Assembly (NCBI GenBank): GCA_043799675.1
Contig: JAZDNN010000028.1
Coordinates: forward strand, 1-38,284
Length of the DNA: 38,284 nt
Direction: 5' to 3'
Source: Candidatus Aenigmatarchaeota archaeon
Lineage (GTDB): Archaea; Aenigmatarchaeota; Aenigmatarchaeia; Aenigmatarchaeales; JACQIB01
Below, one piece after another: positions 28,869 through 37,691 of this stretch (position 1 is its first letter; each line of letters begins with the position of its first letter). The notes under the pieces were generated by a model that saw nothing but the letters and a program-made list of their open reading frames with translations, searched no databases and was not told where the DNA came from. The translations under genes and the position numbers were made by a program.

Positions 28869-29792
28869 GTGATTTGCGTTGTCACCGTCTTACTCTCTTT
28901 GGGTCTTTATTTTACCACGATCGGAATCGGGGCCGAAGACCTGCAATCAGGCAACTTTTTCTTTCTCGACCCTTCAGGCCCAAGCATGGACATGAGCCAG
29001 TTCCTGGAAACGAAAAACAATTATACCGTTTCTTACATGCCTCTGAAAGAGGAAATCACCCAAATCCTTTCGGATGCTGACGGTGATTTCGGGGTTTACT
29101 TTGAAGACCTGGAAATTGATGCATGGTTCGGTGTGAATGAGCGCGAAGCATTCAGGCCTGCCAGCTTGCTGAAAACAACAACCGTTGCAACGATACTCAA
29201 GGAGGTCGAGGAGGGTGAGGCATCGCTGGACACAGAGGTTGCGCTGACGAAAGGCGATATCGCCAACTTTGAGTTCGAGAATTCATATGCGAAAGAGGAT
29301 CAAAATATGACCATAAGACAGCTCATCGAAATAACGCTGATTCATTCGGACAATACCGCGCTCAATAAACTGTACGGTTATGTGATCAATGACAGGTGGA
29401 TAGAAACACGATTGAGAATGGGCATGCCACTGTCGGTGAGCTTTGAAAGCTCCGGGGATATCGCCTTGTCACCAAAAGAATTCAGCAATGTCTTCCATTC
29501 CTTGTATTATTCGGGTTATCTTAGCAAGTGTTCTTCAAACTGGATGCTAATGCTGATGTCAGAGACGGATTTCGTCGATGGGATTCCCGCGGGAGTTTCA
29601 AAGGGCGTCGTGGTATCTCATAAGATCGGTCTCTGGGCGGATTACGGCAGCGTGCATGACTGCGGAATAGTGTATGCAAAAAGGCCCTATATACTGTGTA
29701 TAATGAGCAAGAACACGACCCTAGAGGAAGGCAATCGCGTGATAAAAGAGATCTCAGAAACGGTTTACGATCACGTTTCAGCACCCCTTTAA
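28869..29792 (+). CDS. Membrane-anchored class A beta-lactamase-related serine hydrolase; true start possibly 28801 with a frameshift
   Basis: PASLLK (SxxK), SDN, HKIG, HDCGIVY..PYILCIM; N-terminal TM helix. Confidence 0.88.
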   Translation: MICVVTVLLSLGLYFTTIGIGAEDLQSGNFFFLDPSGPSMDMSQFLETKNNYTVSYMPLKEEITQILSDADGDFGVYFEDLEIDAWFGVNEREAFRPASLLKTTTVATILKEVEEGEASLDTEVALTKGDIANFEFENSYAKEDQNMTIRQLIEITLIHSDNTALNKLYGYVINDRWIETRLRMGMPLSVSFESSGDIALSPKEFSNVFHSLYYSGYLSKCSSNWMLMLMSETDFVDGIPAGVSKGVVVSHKIGLWADYGSVHDCGIVYAKRPYILCIMSKNTTLEEGNRVIKEISETVYDHVSAPL

Positions 29793-29827
29793 ATAGTATT
29801 TAAATAGGGTCCAAGCGAGTAATTGAG

Positions 29828-30364
29828 ATGCCGTTTGGGATTCGGATTGAGAACGTCGTCGCTTCTGCGAACCTGAAGGTCGAAATTGCGCTGGAGAAAG
29901 TTGTTCAGAACCTTGAAGGAATCGAATACGAGCCGGAACAATTCCCTGGAGTGGTCATGAGGCTGAAGGACCCGAAGGCAGCCGCGTTGATTTTCAGCAG
30001 CGGGAAGATAGTCTGCACGGGTGCGAAGAGCCCGAAGGATGCCAAGCTGGTCGTGGCAAAGATAGTGTGCAGGCTGCGCAAGCTCGCGATAAAGGTGCCG
30101 AGGAACTACACCATGAAGCTTGAGAATATAGTCGCCAGTGCCAAGCTGGAGAGGGAGCTCAATCTGGACCATATTGCGTTTACACTTGAAAACACGGAGT
30201 ACGAGCCTGAGCAGTTCCCGGGACTGGTTTACAGGATGGACGACCCTAAGGTCACGTTCCTGCTGTTCGGTTCTGGAAAGGTCATTTGCACCGGCGGAAG
30301 AAGCATTGCTGATGTCGAGAGGGCCGTGGCCAAAGTGGACAAGAGACTGAGACAGCTGAAGTAG
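29828..30364 (+). CDS. tbp: TATA-box-binding protein
   Basis: Two repeats of ENVVAS...YEPEQFPG...LIFSSGKIVCTG. Confidence 0.98.
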   Translation: MPFGIRIENVVASANLKVEIALEKVVQNLEGIEYEPEQFPGVVMRLKDPKAAALIFSSGKIVCTGAKSPKDAKLVVAKIVCRLRKLAIKVPRNYTMKLENIVASAKLERELNLDHIAFTLENTEYEPEQFPGLVYRMDDPKVTFLLFGSGKVICTGGRSIADVERAVAKVDKRLRQLK

Positions 30365-30383
30365 TCCGCCTTAAATCCTTTTC

Positions 30384-31175
30384 GTGCGAGAGCTGTTCAT
30401 GGATTTTGATATAGGGGAATACTGCTCAATCGGGTTGCGTGGAATATTAGATAGGAAGGGTCTGGTTGAACGGCCCTCATTCTCGCTGCAAATCAAGAAA
30501 CGGCCCGTCTTTCGGTACCTCGATTACCTGCAGGAAAAGTACGGCCTGAAGCTGGTCCGCGAATTTCACATAGGTTGTTCATGGGACAGCCGGCCGCCGA
30601 ACATAAGGTATACGGCCAGAAGGAATGAGTGGGACGGGGAGATGGTTTTTTGGTCCGAGCAACGGCTGACTCAGATTGTCTCTTTACGAAACGGGTATTT
30701 TCACGATGAAAAAGGCAAGAGGGACCTGCTGGCGGTCTCCAAGGCGATGAACGACCAAGAAAACATCGAACAGCGCATTGTGGTCGGTTGGTCGGGTTCC
30801 GCGCAGGCCCTCGGATTGTCCGAGTACAATCTCGGCAGGTCCGGATACTTTCGAATCATCGTTCAAAAAAACAGGTGGAAGCACGTCGACGGTCTGGATG
30901 ATTTTATTGAGCATCCGTTTGGCACAAAGGAGGTCGAAAAGGCCGTTCTTGGCAGGATAGTGGAAGGTACGGATTCGCCGTTTGCCCGCCCCGAAATCCG
31001 CGAAGCCATAAAGGAATACCAGTTCATGGACGCGAAGGAATTCTCCGCCGTGACCGGCATGCTGCTGGCGGACGCGGTCGGGGAGGCGACTAAGATATTC
31101 TGGCCGCAGCTCAGGAAAGAGACAGCCGAGGAAAAAGTGTTCAGGGACCAGACCTTCGGCGGCATGCGGATGTAG
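30384..31175 (+). CDS. Hypothetical protein
   Basis: 263-aa ORF with no recognisable motif; start may be ATG 30399. Confidence 0.75.
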   Translation: MRELFMDFDIGEYCSIGLRGILDRKGLVERPSFSLQIKKRPVFRYLDYLQEKYGLKLVREFHIGCSWDSRPPNIRYTARRNEWDGEMVFWSEQRLTQIVSLRNGYFHDEKGKRDLLAVSKAMNDQENIEQRIVVGWSGSAQALGLSEYNLGRSGYFRIIVQKNRWKHVDGLDDFIEHPFGTKEVEKAVLGRIVEGTDSPFARPEIREAIKEYQFMDAKEFSAVTGMLLADAVGEATKIFWPQLRKETAEEKVFRDQTFGGMRM

Positions 31176-31249
31176 TTTAAGTTCCGGAAAAAGAAATACT
31201 GTCCATGGTCATCCGTAAGATTGGCAAGCAGAAGTGGAGACTTTACAGC
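31170..31249 (+). repeat. Diverged 80-bp direct repeat, copy 1
   Basis: ATGTAGTTTAAGTTCCGGAAA...CCATGGTCATCCGTAAGATTGG...CTTTACAGC matches 32521-32600. Confidence 0.9.
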
Positions 31250-32503
31250 GGGTGCATATGTTTGTTATTGATTTCCGTAGTTCTGATCGGTGGAATTGCC
31301 AGTTATGTTCCTGCTCAGGTAAATGAGCAAGAAATTAATAAAACCGGAGTACCAGATACCGAAGAAGCATGTAAAAATCTGAACGGGATTTTATGCGGGG
31401 AACATGAATATTGCAATACCAAAACAATTGAGCTGGAAGGGACTGATCGCTGTTGCCCCAAAGGATATGTGGATACCGTGACCCAATTTGATTTTTCGAC
31501 CAAAAGGATATGCGGGAGAAATCCGGAAACTGGGAAGTTTAATTATTGCCATTGTGAACCGAATAATGAGAAAAACAAGATAGCGGTAATTATTGCAAAG
31601 AACGGTGTCTATGATTCCGATGTTGTTACTTCCCAAATTTTGGAATATTTCAATGCGGTCAAAAAAGACCTGAATACGGAAAATGCGGGCATACGGAAAT
31701 TTGAAGGAAAAACAATGAACGAATTGGACGATTTTACCGGAAATCTCTACACGAATGAGAACGTGGGTTACATTATCTTAATTGGAGATGATTTGCCTGT
31801 TGCCGAGACCACGGAGGACAGCATCCAGAATCTTGCGGATATACAGGGGAAACTGGCCTGCGCAAACAAGGACTGCGAGTTGCGTTCTTGCAAGGACATG
31901 GCTATTTCTTACATACTCCCTCCGGTCTTGTACTCAAGCAGTCAAAAAACCGATTTTGTTTCCAACGTATTGGAGAAGTATGCCGATTATCACAATAATT
32001 TTGCCATCTATAATAATACATACCAAAAATCGGTTATTTCCATAAATGATGCCGAATTTTCCATCAGAAGAAACGGTTATGAACTGCCTACAACCGATGT
32101 TTTTAATAACGAATCCGGAAAAATAAATGACGAATTTAAGAAAAAGAACATGGTCCTCTTGACCCAGGTGCATGGTGCAAGCACAACAATGGGCCTGGGT
32201 CTCGGGAATACCGTTTATACCACTTTGGAAGATTATTCCGATTTTGCGAAAATAAACGGCGCGCCGGCTCTTTTGTTTGATGCCAGTTCATGCCAGTCAG
32301 TTACGATAAGGCAAACGGGCATAAATTATTGCTGCTGGCCACAGATAACAATGGAATCCGGAATTTGGGCATATTATTCCATTGGCGGAGAAACAGAGAT
32401 GCAAGGTGCTTTTGCCAGAGAAGAAACAATAGGTCTGGCGCTTAGAAAAGAGATAGTTCAACAATCCTACATATTCGGAGATGTTTTGGCGCACGTAAAT
32501 TAA
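31205..32503 (+). CDS. Secreted Cys-rich protein with probable peptidase C25 (gingipain-like, clan CD) domain
   Basis: Signal/TM segment, Cys-rich N-domain, YIILIGD, VHG and SSC candidate His-Cys dyad, IFGD near the C-terminus; AT-rich. Confidence 0.7.
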   Translation: MVIRKIGKQKWRLYSGCICLLLISVVLIGGIASYVPAQVNEQEINKTGVPDTEEACKNLNGILCGEHEYCNTKTIELEGTDRCCPKGYVDTVTQFDFSTKRICGRNPETGKFNYCHCEPNNEKNKIAVIIAKNGVYDSDVVTSQILEYFNAVKKDLNTENAGIRKFEGKTMNELDDFTGNLYTNENVGYIILIGDDLPVAETTEDSIQNLADIQGKLACANKDCELRSCKDMAISYILPPVLYSSSQKTDFVSNVLEKYADYHNNFAIYNNTYQKSVISINDAEFSIRRNGYELPTTDVFNNESGKINDEFKKKNMVLLTQVHGASTTMGLGLGNTVYTTLEDYSDFAKINGAPALLFDASSCQSVTIRQTGINYCCWPQITMESGIWAYYSIGGETEMQGAFAREETIGLALRKEIVQQSYIFGDVLAHVN

Positions 32504-32520
32504 ACTTTTAATCTTAATGA

Positions 32521-32600
32521 ATGTAGTTTAAGTTTCCGGAAACGAAATGCTGCCCATGGTAATCCGCAAAATTGGGACAAGGAAATGGCGGCTTTACAGC
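32521..32600 (+). repeat. Diverged 80-bp direct repeat, copy 2
   Basis: ATGTAGTTTAAGTTTCCGGAAA...CCATGGTAATCCGCAAAATTGG...CTTTACAGC. Confidence 0.9.
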
Positions 32601-32708
32601 AGGCACATCAACCCCAAGACGGGCAGGAAACGGAACCTGGGAACATTTTCAAGCAAGGCTGCCGCACTCAAGCATGAAAGGGCGGTCCAGTTCTTCAAGC
32701 GGCGCTGA
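32556..32708 (+). CDS. Small basic protein, 50 aa (not in ORF track)
   Basis: MVIRKIGTRKWRLYSRHINPKTGRKRNLGTFSSKAAALKHERAVQFFKRR; differences from repeat copy 1 are largely synonymous. Confidence 0.8.
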   Translation: MVIRKIGTRKWRLYSRHINPKTGRKRNLGTFSSKAAALKHERAVQFFKRR

Positions 32709-32785
32709 CATTTCACATGCTTCCGATGCAGCGAAATTTCGTCTGGCCTTAAATAGATTAAGCCCAATCTTAGTATCGCATCCGT

Positions 32786-34795
32786 ATGGTTGATGACGTT
32801 GAAAGACTGGAGGAATTCTTCTCGCGGTTCTACCAGCGCGAGTTGATGGACGCGGCCGCGACCGGAAAGAAGGCGATAACCGTGGATTTCAATCAGCTCG
32901 ACAAGTTCGACCACGTTCTTGCGGACAAGCTGTTGGATTCGCCGGCGGAGATGCTGCCGATAATCGCGGATGTGATAGCGGCAATGGACACCCCGTATGG
33001 TTCGCTGAAGCTGGTTCCGCGGTTCACGAACCTTCCGCAGGAGAGCTCCATCCGCATCAGGAGCCTCCGCAGCGAGCACATAGGGAAGCTCATGCTCATA
33101 GACGGCATCGTCAGGAGGGCCGGTGAGGTCCTGCCGGAAATATCGGTGGCCATATTCAAGTGCCCGGCATGCGAGAAGCACATCGAGGTGCCGCAGACCG
33201 AGAAAACCCTCAAGAAGCCGTTTTTCTGCGATGATGACGAGTGCGGTTACAAGGGACAGTTCGAGATGATTGACCGGAAGCTGTTCGACAGCAGGTGGCT
33301 CTCCCTGGAGGAGCCGCACGAGGTGGCGACCGCCGAGCAGCCCGGCAGCGTGCACGTCTACATGCGGGACGACCTGACGACCCCCGAAATGCAGCGGAAG
33401 TGCGATGCCGGCAGCAGGCTCAAGGTGGTGGGCATAATCAAGGAGATGAAGGATTTCAACAAGGGCGCAATGAAGACGCAGATGCACATCTTCATCGAAG
33501 CCAATCATGTCGAGCCGACGGAGATAGAGTGGGACGAGATTGTCGTCACCCCGGAAGACGAGGAAAAGATAAAGATGCTTGCGAGCGACCCGCAGATTTA
33601 TGACAAGCTGGTGCAGAGCATCGCGCCGAGCATATGGGGGCTCAACGTAGAGAAAGAGGCGATAGCATACCAACTGTTCGGCGGGGTGCAAAGGATAGCT
33701 GCTGATGGCACCAGATTGAGAGGGGATATTCATTTACTACTAGTCGGTGACCCCGCGGTTGGAAAAACACAACTTTTGAAATTGGTCAGCAAGGTCATCC
33801 CCCGCGGGAAGTATGTTTCCGGAAAGGGAGTCACGGGCGTGGGATTAACCGCGTCGGTCACAAAAGATGAGGAGCTGGGCGGCTGGGTGCTTGAGGCCGG
33901 AGCGATGGTGCTTTGCCACAAGAGCCTGATAGCGATAGACGAGTTCGACAAGATGAACAAGGACGACCAGATAGCGATGCACGAGGCGATGAGCACGCAG
34001 ACCATCTCCATTGCCAAGGCCACCATCATCGCGACCCTTCCGTCGCAGACGGCCGTTCTTGCGGGAGCCAATCCCAAGCTGCAGCGGTTCGACATTTACA
34101 GGCCGCTGCCCGAGCAGATAGACATCCCGGAAACCCTGCTGTCACGTTTCGACCTGAAGTTCGTGCTGCGCGACGTGCCGAACAAGGAAACGGACACCAG
34201 GATAGCGGAACATATCATGAAGGTCAGGATGGCGCCGGAGGAGGTGAAGCCGCTGATACCCACGGAGATGCTGAAGAAGTTCGTGGCGTATGCCCGCTGG
34301 AACTGCCGTCCGGTGCTGACACCAGAGGCGGCGGAACGACTGAAAAGCTACTACCTGGAGATGCGAGGAATGTGGCATGATACAACCGATTCATTGGCCA
34401 TCACCGCACGGCAGCAGGAAGGGCTCGTGAGGCTCTCGGAGGCGGCCGCAAAGGTCAGGTTGAGCGAAAAGGTGACCATAGCCGACGTGGAAAGGGCCAT
34501 AAGGCTCATGGAATACAGCCTCAAGCAGCTCGCGTTCGACAGGGTGACCGGCAAGATAGACATAGACAGGGTCGAGGGGGTCGGCACGAGCAAGCGCAAT
34601 GCCATCCGCACTGTGCTGGACATAATTGATGCCTTGGAGAAGGCGATGGGAAAGAAGCTGCCTATTGTAGAGATAATCACCGAGGCGCAGGAGAAAGGAG
34701 TGTCAGCCCACGAGGTCGAGGACATAGTCAACAACCTCAAGCGGGAAGGCAGGCTGTTCGAGGTCCAGAAGGACCACGTGCAGAAGCTGTGGTAG
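32786..34795 (+). CDS. mcm: MCM replicative helicase
   Basis: CPAC Zn finger, GDPAVGKTQLL, IDEFDKM, LLSRFDL, TARQQEGLVRLSEA, C-terminal wHTH; no intein. Confidence 0.98.
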   Translation: MVDDVERLEEFFSRFYQRELMDAAATGKKAITVDFNQLDKFDHVLADKLLDSPAEMLPIIADVIAAMDTPYGSLKLVPRFTNLPQESSIRIRSLRSEHIGKLMLIDGIVRRAGEVLPEISVAIFKCPACEKHIEVPQTEKTLKKPFFCDDDECGYKGQFEMIDRKLFDSRWLSLEEPHEVATAEQPGSVHVYMRDDLTTPEMQRKCDAGSRLKVVGIIKEMKDFNKGAMKTQMHIFIEANHVEPTEIEWDEIVVTPEDEEKIKMLASDPQIYDKLVQSIAPSIWGLNVEKEAIAYQLFGGVQRIAADGTRLRGDIHLLLVGDPAVGKTQLLKLVSKVIPRGKYVSGKGVTGVGLTASVTKDEELGGWVLEAGAMVLCHKSLIAIDEFDKMNKDDQIAMHEAMSTQTISIAKATIIATLPSQTAVLAGANPKLQRFDIYRPLPEQIDIPETLLSRFDLKFVLRDVPNKETDTRIAEHIMKVRMAPEEVKPLIPTEMLKKFVAYARWNCRPVLTPEAAERLKSYYLEMRGMWHDTTDSLAITARQQEGLVRLSEAAAKVRLSEKVTIADVERAIRLMEYSLKQLAFDRVTGKIDIDRVEGVGTSKRNAIRTVLDIIDALEKAMGKKLPIVEIITEAQEKGVSAHEVEDIVNNLKREGRLFEVQKDHVQKLW

Positions 34796-34871
34796 CCCTA
34801 AGGAAGAATGGCGCTAAACGCGCCTTCCACGGAAGTCCAAGTATTTATGCCTTTACGTCTCCAAGTCATGC

Positions 34872-35576
34872 ATGGAAGAATATTCCGAGAACGGTCGGCT
34901 CCCACCGGTGACAGAGCAGAAGTACCCCTGGAGCTGCGAGATCTGCACAATAAAGTACGCCCTGGATTATCTGCTCAAAACGAATATCTCTGAGGATGAG
35001 ATACTTTCCCGGGTCACAGCCGTCGAATCATCAGGCAAGCTTTTAGCAGATGTGATGCGGGACAAGCCGGAAATAAAGATTGCCAAGCCGAATTACACCC
35101 CTTCACTGCCGCATCTCCGGTACGTGGGGCTGGGCACCGTTGCCAGGAGCCTTTGTAAAGGGCAAGCAGAAGTAAACTTTCTCGATTCTTTTAACATGAC
35201 TTATTTTCTTGAAAAAAAGTGCAGTCGGGATGACAAGAAAACGATAAAGGTCCATGTCCATCCGATGCCCGAATTCATCCACGGCATTGATCGTGGGCTG
35301 GAAGACGAGGTAAAATATCAAGTAATCAAGGAAATGCTAGAGGAAGACGGGGTCATTATTGCCGGTGGATCCAGGAAAAGGGTTAACGGTATTGACACGG
35401 GAGCACGTCACGCTTTTCTGATAAAAGGGGTCGGAAAGGATGGCGGCGAACAGTTCGCAAAGGTATTAGACTCTAATTACAGAAGACAAGGTCTGTTGCC
35501 CGAATACTTGATTCCATTGAATAAACTAAGTCTTGACATTGTTTTCTATAAACGGGTTGACCGGGAACATGGATAA
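34872..35576 (+). CDS. Hypothetical protein, possible papain-like (C39-related) fold
   Basis: EQKYPWSC (Q-x5-C), RHAFLIKG, KVLDSN in C39-like order. Confidence 0.6.
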   Translation: MEEYSENGRLPPVTEQKYPWSCEICTIKYALDYLLKTNISEDEILSRVTAVESSGKLLADVMRDKPEIKIAKPNYTPSLPHLRYVGLGTVARSLCKGQAEVNFLDSFNMTYFLEKKCSRDDKKTIKVHVHPMPEFIHGIDRGLEDEVKYQVIKEMLEEDGVIIAGGSRKRVNGIDTGARHAFLIKGVGKDGGEQFAKVLDSNYRRQGLLPEYLIPLNKLSLDIVFYKRVDREHG

Positions 35577-35602
35577 ATGCTTTTGACGGCATTGGTGTTC
35601 CC

Positions 35603-36352
35603 ATGGAACGCAAGAGGTTGACGGCAATGAAGGCGGGGCTGGCAGAGCTTTCAAGCGGGAAATGGGTGAAGAAGGGCGGTTTCGAGAGCAGCTATGTGCT
35701 GACCTCGCTGGGAAGAAGGCTTTCCAGGGTCAGGGTGATGGGGCTGATAGTGGACAAGTGGGCGAGCGAGGACGGGAACTACGCGACCCTTTCGCTGGAC
35801 GACGGGAACGAGACCGCGCGGTGCAAGATTTTCGTGAATACCAAGATGTTCGACGGGCTCGCCTCGGGCGACCTGGTGGACGTGGTCGGAAAGCTGCGCG
35901 AGTGGCAGGGTGAGATTTACGTCGCTCCCGAGACCGTAAGAAAAATGACTGCGAACTGGGAGACGCTCAGGATGCTCGAACTCAAGGCGGCCTACCGGGC
36001 CCAAAAAGCGCTGATTGCGAAGGTCCGCGAGATGCAGAAGCATACGTCGGATGTGAACGAAATCAAGTCCCTTGCGACAAAGACCGGATTCGATACGGAT
36101 GCCGTTCTTGCAATACTGGAGGCGCAGGAAATGAACATAGTGGAGCAGGAAAAAGCGGTACAGGCGAGCAGCGAGGTCAGGGACAAGGTGCTCAAGTTGG
36201 TCATCCAGCTGGACCGCGGGGAAGGCGCGGATTACGGCGACCTGCTGAAGCAGGCAGGATTGCCCGAGCAGCAACTGGACGATGCGGTGACCGAACTGCT
36301 TGAGAGCGGGGTCTGCTTCGAGCCGAAGGCGGGCAAGATAAAGAAGCTGTGA
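35603..36352 (+). CDS. RPA32-like OB-fold ssDNA-binding protein with C-terminal winged helix
   Basis: SRVRVMGLIVDK, LDDG, DLVDVVGKLRE, ELLESGVCFEPKAGKIKKL. Confidence 0.88.
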   Translation: MERKRLTAMKAGLAELSSGKWVKKGGFESSYVLTSLGRRLSRVRVMGLIVDKWASEDGNYATLSLDDGNETARCKIFVNTKMFDGLASGDLVDVVGKLREWQGEIYVAPETVRKMTANWETLRMLELKAAYRAQKALIAKVREMQKHTSDVNEIKSLATKTGFDTDAVLAILEAQEMNIVEQEKAVQASSEVRDKVLKLVIQLDRGEGADYGDLLKQAGLPEQQLDDAVTELLESGVCFEPKAGKIKKL

Positions 36353-36358
36353 TTTTTC

Positions 36359-36769
36359 ATGGAAGCGACGATACCTGTGAGTGATTCCGAAAGAAAAGAC
36401 CTGAGTAAACTGATAGCAGAGCTCGGCGTTGGCACGTACATGTGCAAAAAAGAGACCGCCAAGGCGAACAGGGAAATCGGGGACAATGCAAGGGCCGATG
36501 AGTTCATGGAATATGCGAAACGCGACGCCCCGTTGTGCGTGAACGGACTGGTGCTGCATCTGAGCGTCGGCGACAAGGAAGGAGTCATTGAAGGTGTGGC
36601 TTTTTCCCGCATGGTCGAGGCCGTGAAGAGGTTCGGGGAAACCGAAGGCCTGGAGATGAGCGAGGATGAGCTGAAGGCGGCCGTAGAGGAGGCAAAGTAC
36701 GAGGGACTCATCATCGAAGATTTGCGCGGGTTCTACAGGACAAAAGGTGCTCAGGCCGCAAAAACCTGA
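36359..36769 (+). CDS. Hypothetical protein, possible C-terminal winged helix
   Basis: 136-aa ORF tightly packed in a co-oriented run; EEAKYEGLIIE..GFYR ending. Confidence 0.7.
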   Translation: MEATIPVSDSERKDLSKLIAELGVGTYMCKKETAKANREIGDNARADEFMEYAKRDAPLCVNGLVLHLSVGDKEGVIEGVAFSRMVEAVKRFGETEGLEMSEDELKAAVEEAKYEGLIIEDLRGFYRTKGAQAAKT

Positions 36770-36804
36770 GCTTGATTTATAAACATCGTAGCAGTATGCG
36801 TTCC

Positions 36805-37212
36805 ATGCAGACCTACGAGGAGATGCTCAAGCAGGCGATGGCCAAGATACCGAAGAAGGAAGGCTCGGGAGAGCGCTTTGAGATGCCCGTGATTGAGACC
36901 AACATACAGGGCAGCGTTACCATAATGAGGAATTTTGCTGCTGTGGCAGCCAAATTAAGAAGGGAGCCGAAGCACGTGCTGAAGTGGCTGACCAAGGAAC
37001 TTGCCGCTCCCGGGAACATTGAGGGGGACAGGGCCAGCATACAGGCAAAATTCGGCCAACGGGTCATCCAGAGCAAGCTTGAGAGTTACGTGAAGGAGTT
37101 CGTGTTCTGCAAGATATGCACGAGGCCGGACACCAAGATGGTCAAGGAGAACGGCGTGCTGATAATGCGCTGCGAGGCATGCGGCGCGAGGAATGCCGTG
37201 AGAGAGATATGA
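36805..37212 (+). CDS. eif2b: Translation initiation factor 2 beta subunit
   Basis: YEEML, ERFEMP, LRREPKHVLKWLTKELAAPG, CKICTRPDT...CEACGA. Confidence 0.96.
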   Translation: MQTYEEMLKQAMAKIPKKEGSGERFEMPVIETNIQGSVTIMRNFAAVAAKLRREPKHVLKWLTKELAAPGNIEGDRASIQAKFGQRVIQSKLESYVKEFVFCKICTRPDTKMVKENGVLIMRCEACGARNAVREI

Positions 37213-37691
37213 AGCTCATTGTAAGGAACGCAAAGCCGGAGGACGCGGAAATCGTCAAGGTCTTTGTCAAGGAGCATATGGTCAGGAATTACCCGGAAAC
37301 GCCGTATGCGCAACTGAAGGAGAAGGCCGAGGCGGACATCGAAAAGCACTGCGCGGGACCGACGTCGTTCGTTCTAGAGCTGGACGGGAAGGTCATAGGT
37401 TATCTCGGCGTGAGCGTGGACACTGACAGGTATACCAAACAGAGGATAGGCGTGGTACACATGATACACATTGCCGAGTCATATAGGGGCAAAGGATATT
37501 CTCATCTGCTGATGGAAAGGGCGGACGAGTTCTTCGAGAAGAACCATGTGGATTTCAAGGAAATAAGCGTGAACGCCAACAACGAGCCCGCGATAGAGTT
37601 GTACAAGAAGCACGGTTACAGACTGTGGAGATGCACGTTCAAGAACCTTCCGAGGCCGGAGCAGCTACGGAAGAAGCGTCAGTCCGCTTGA
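37209..37691 (+). CDS. GNAT-family acetyltransferase
   Basis: VRNAKPED, YRGKGYSHLLM, NEPAIELYKKHGY; ATGA overlap. Confidence 0.9.
   Translation: MKLIVRNAKPEDAEIVKVFVKEHMVRNYPETPYAQLKEKAEADIEKHCAGPTSFVLELDGKVIGYLGVSVDTDRYTKQRIGVVHMIHIAESYRGKGYSHLLMERADEFFEKNHVDFKEISVNANNEPAIELYKKHGYRLWRCTFKNLPRPEQLRKKRQSA

Noticed and set aside
28844..28875. BHB-like look (CACG-ATT...CGTG-ATT) near the beta-lactamase-like gene start
   Set aside because: Excision would remove 24 nt and not restore the hydrolase frame, and the inner helix does not pair next to the bulge
29840..30300. Internal sequence duplication
   Set aside because: The normal two-repeat structure of TBP
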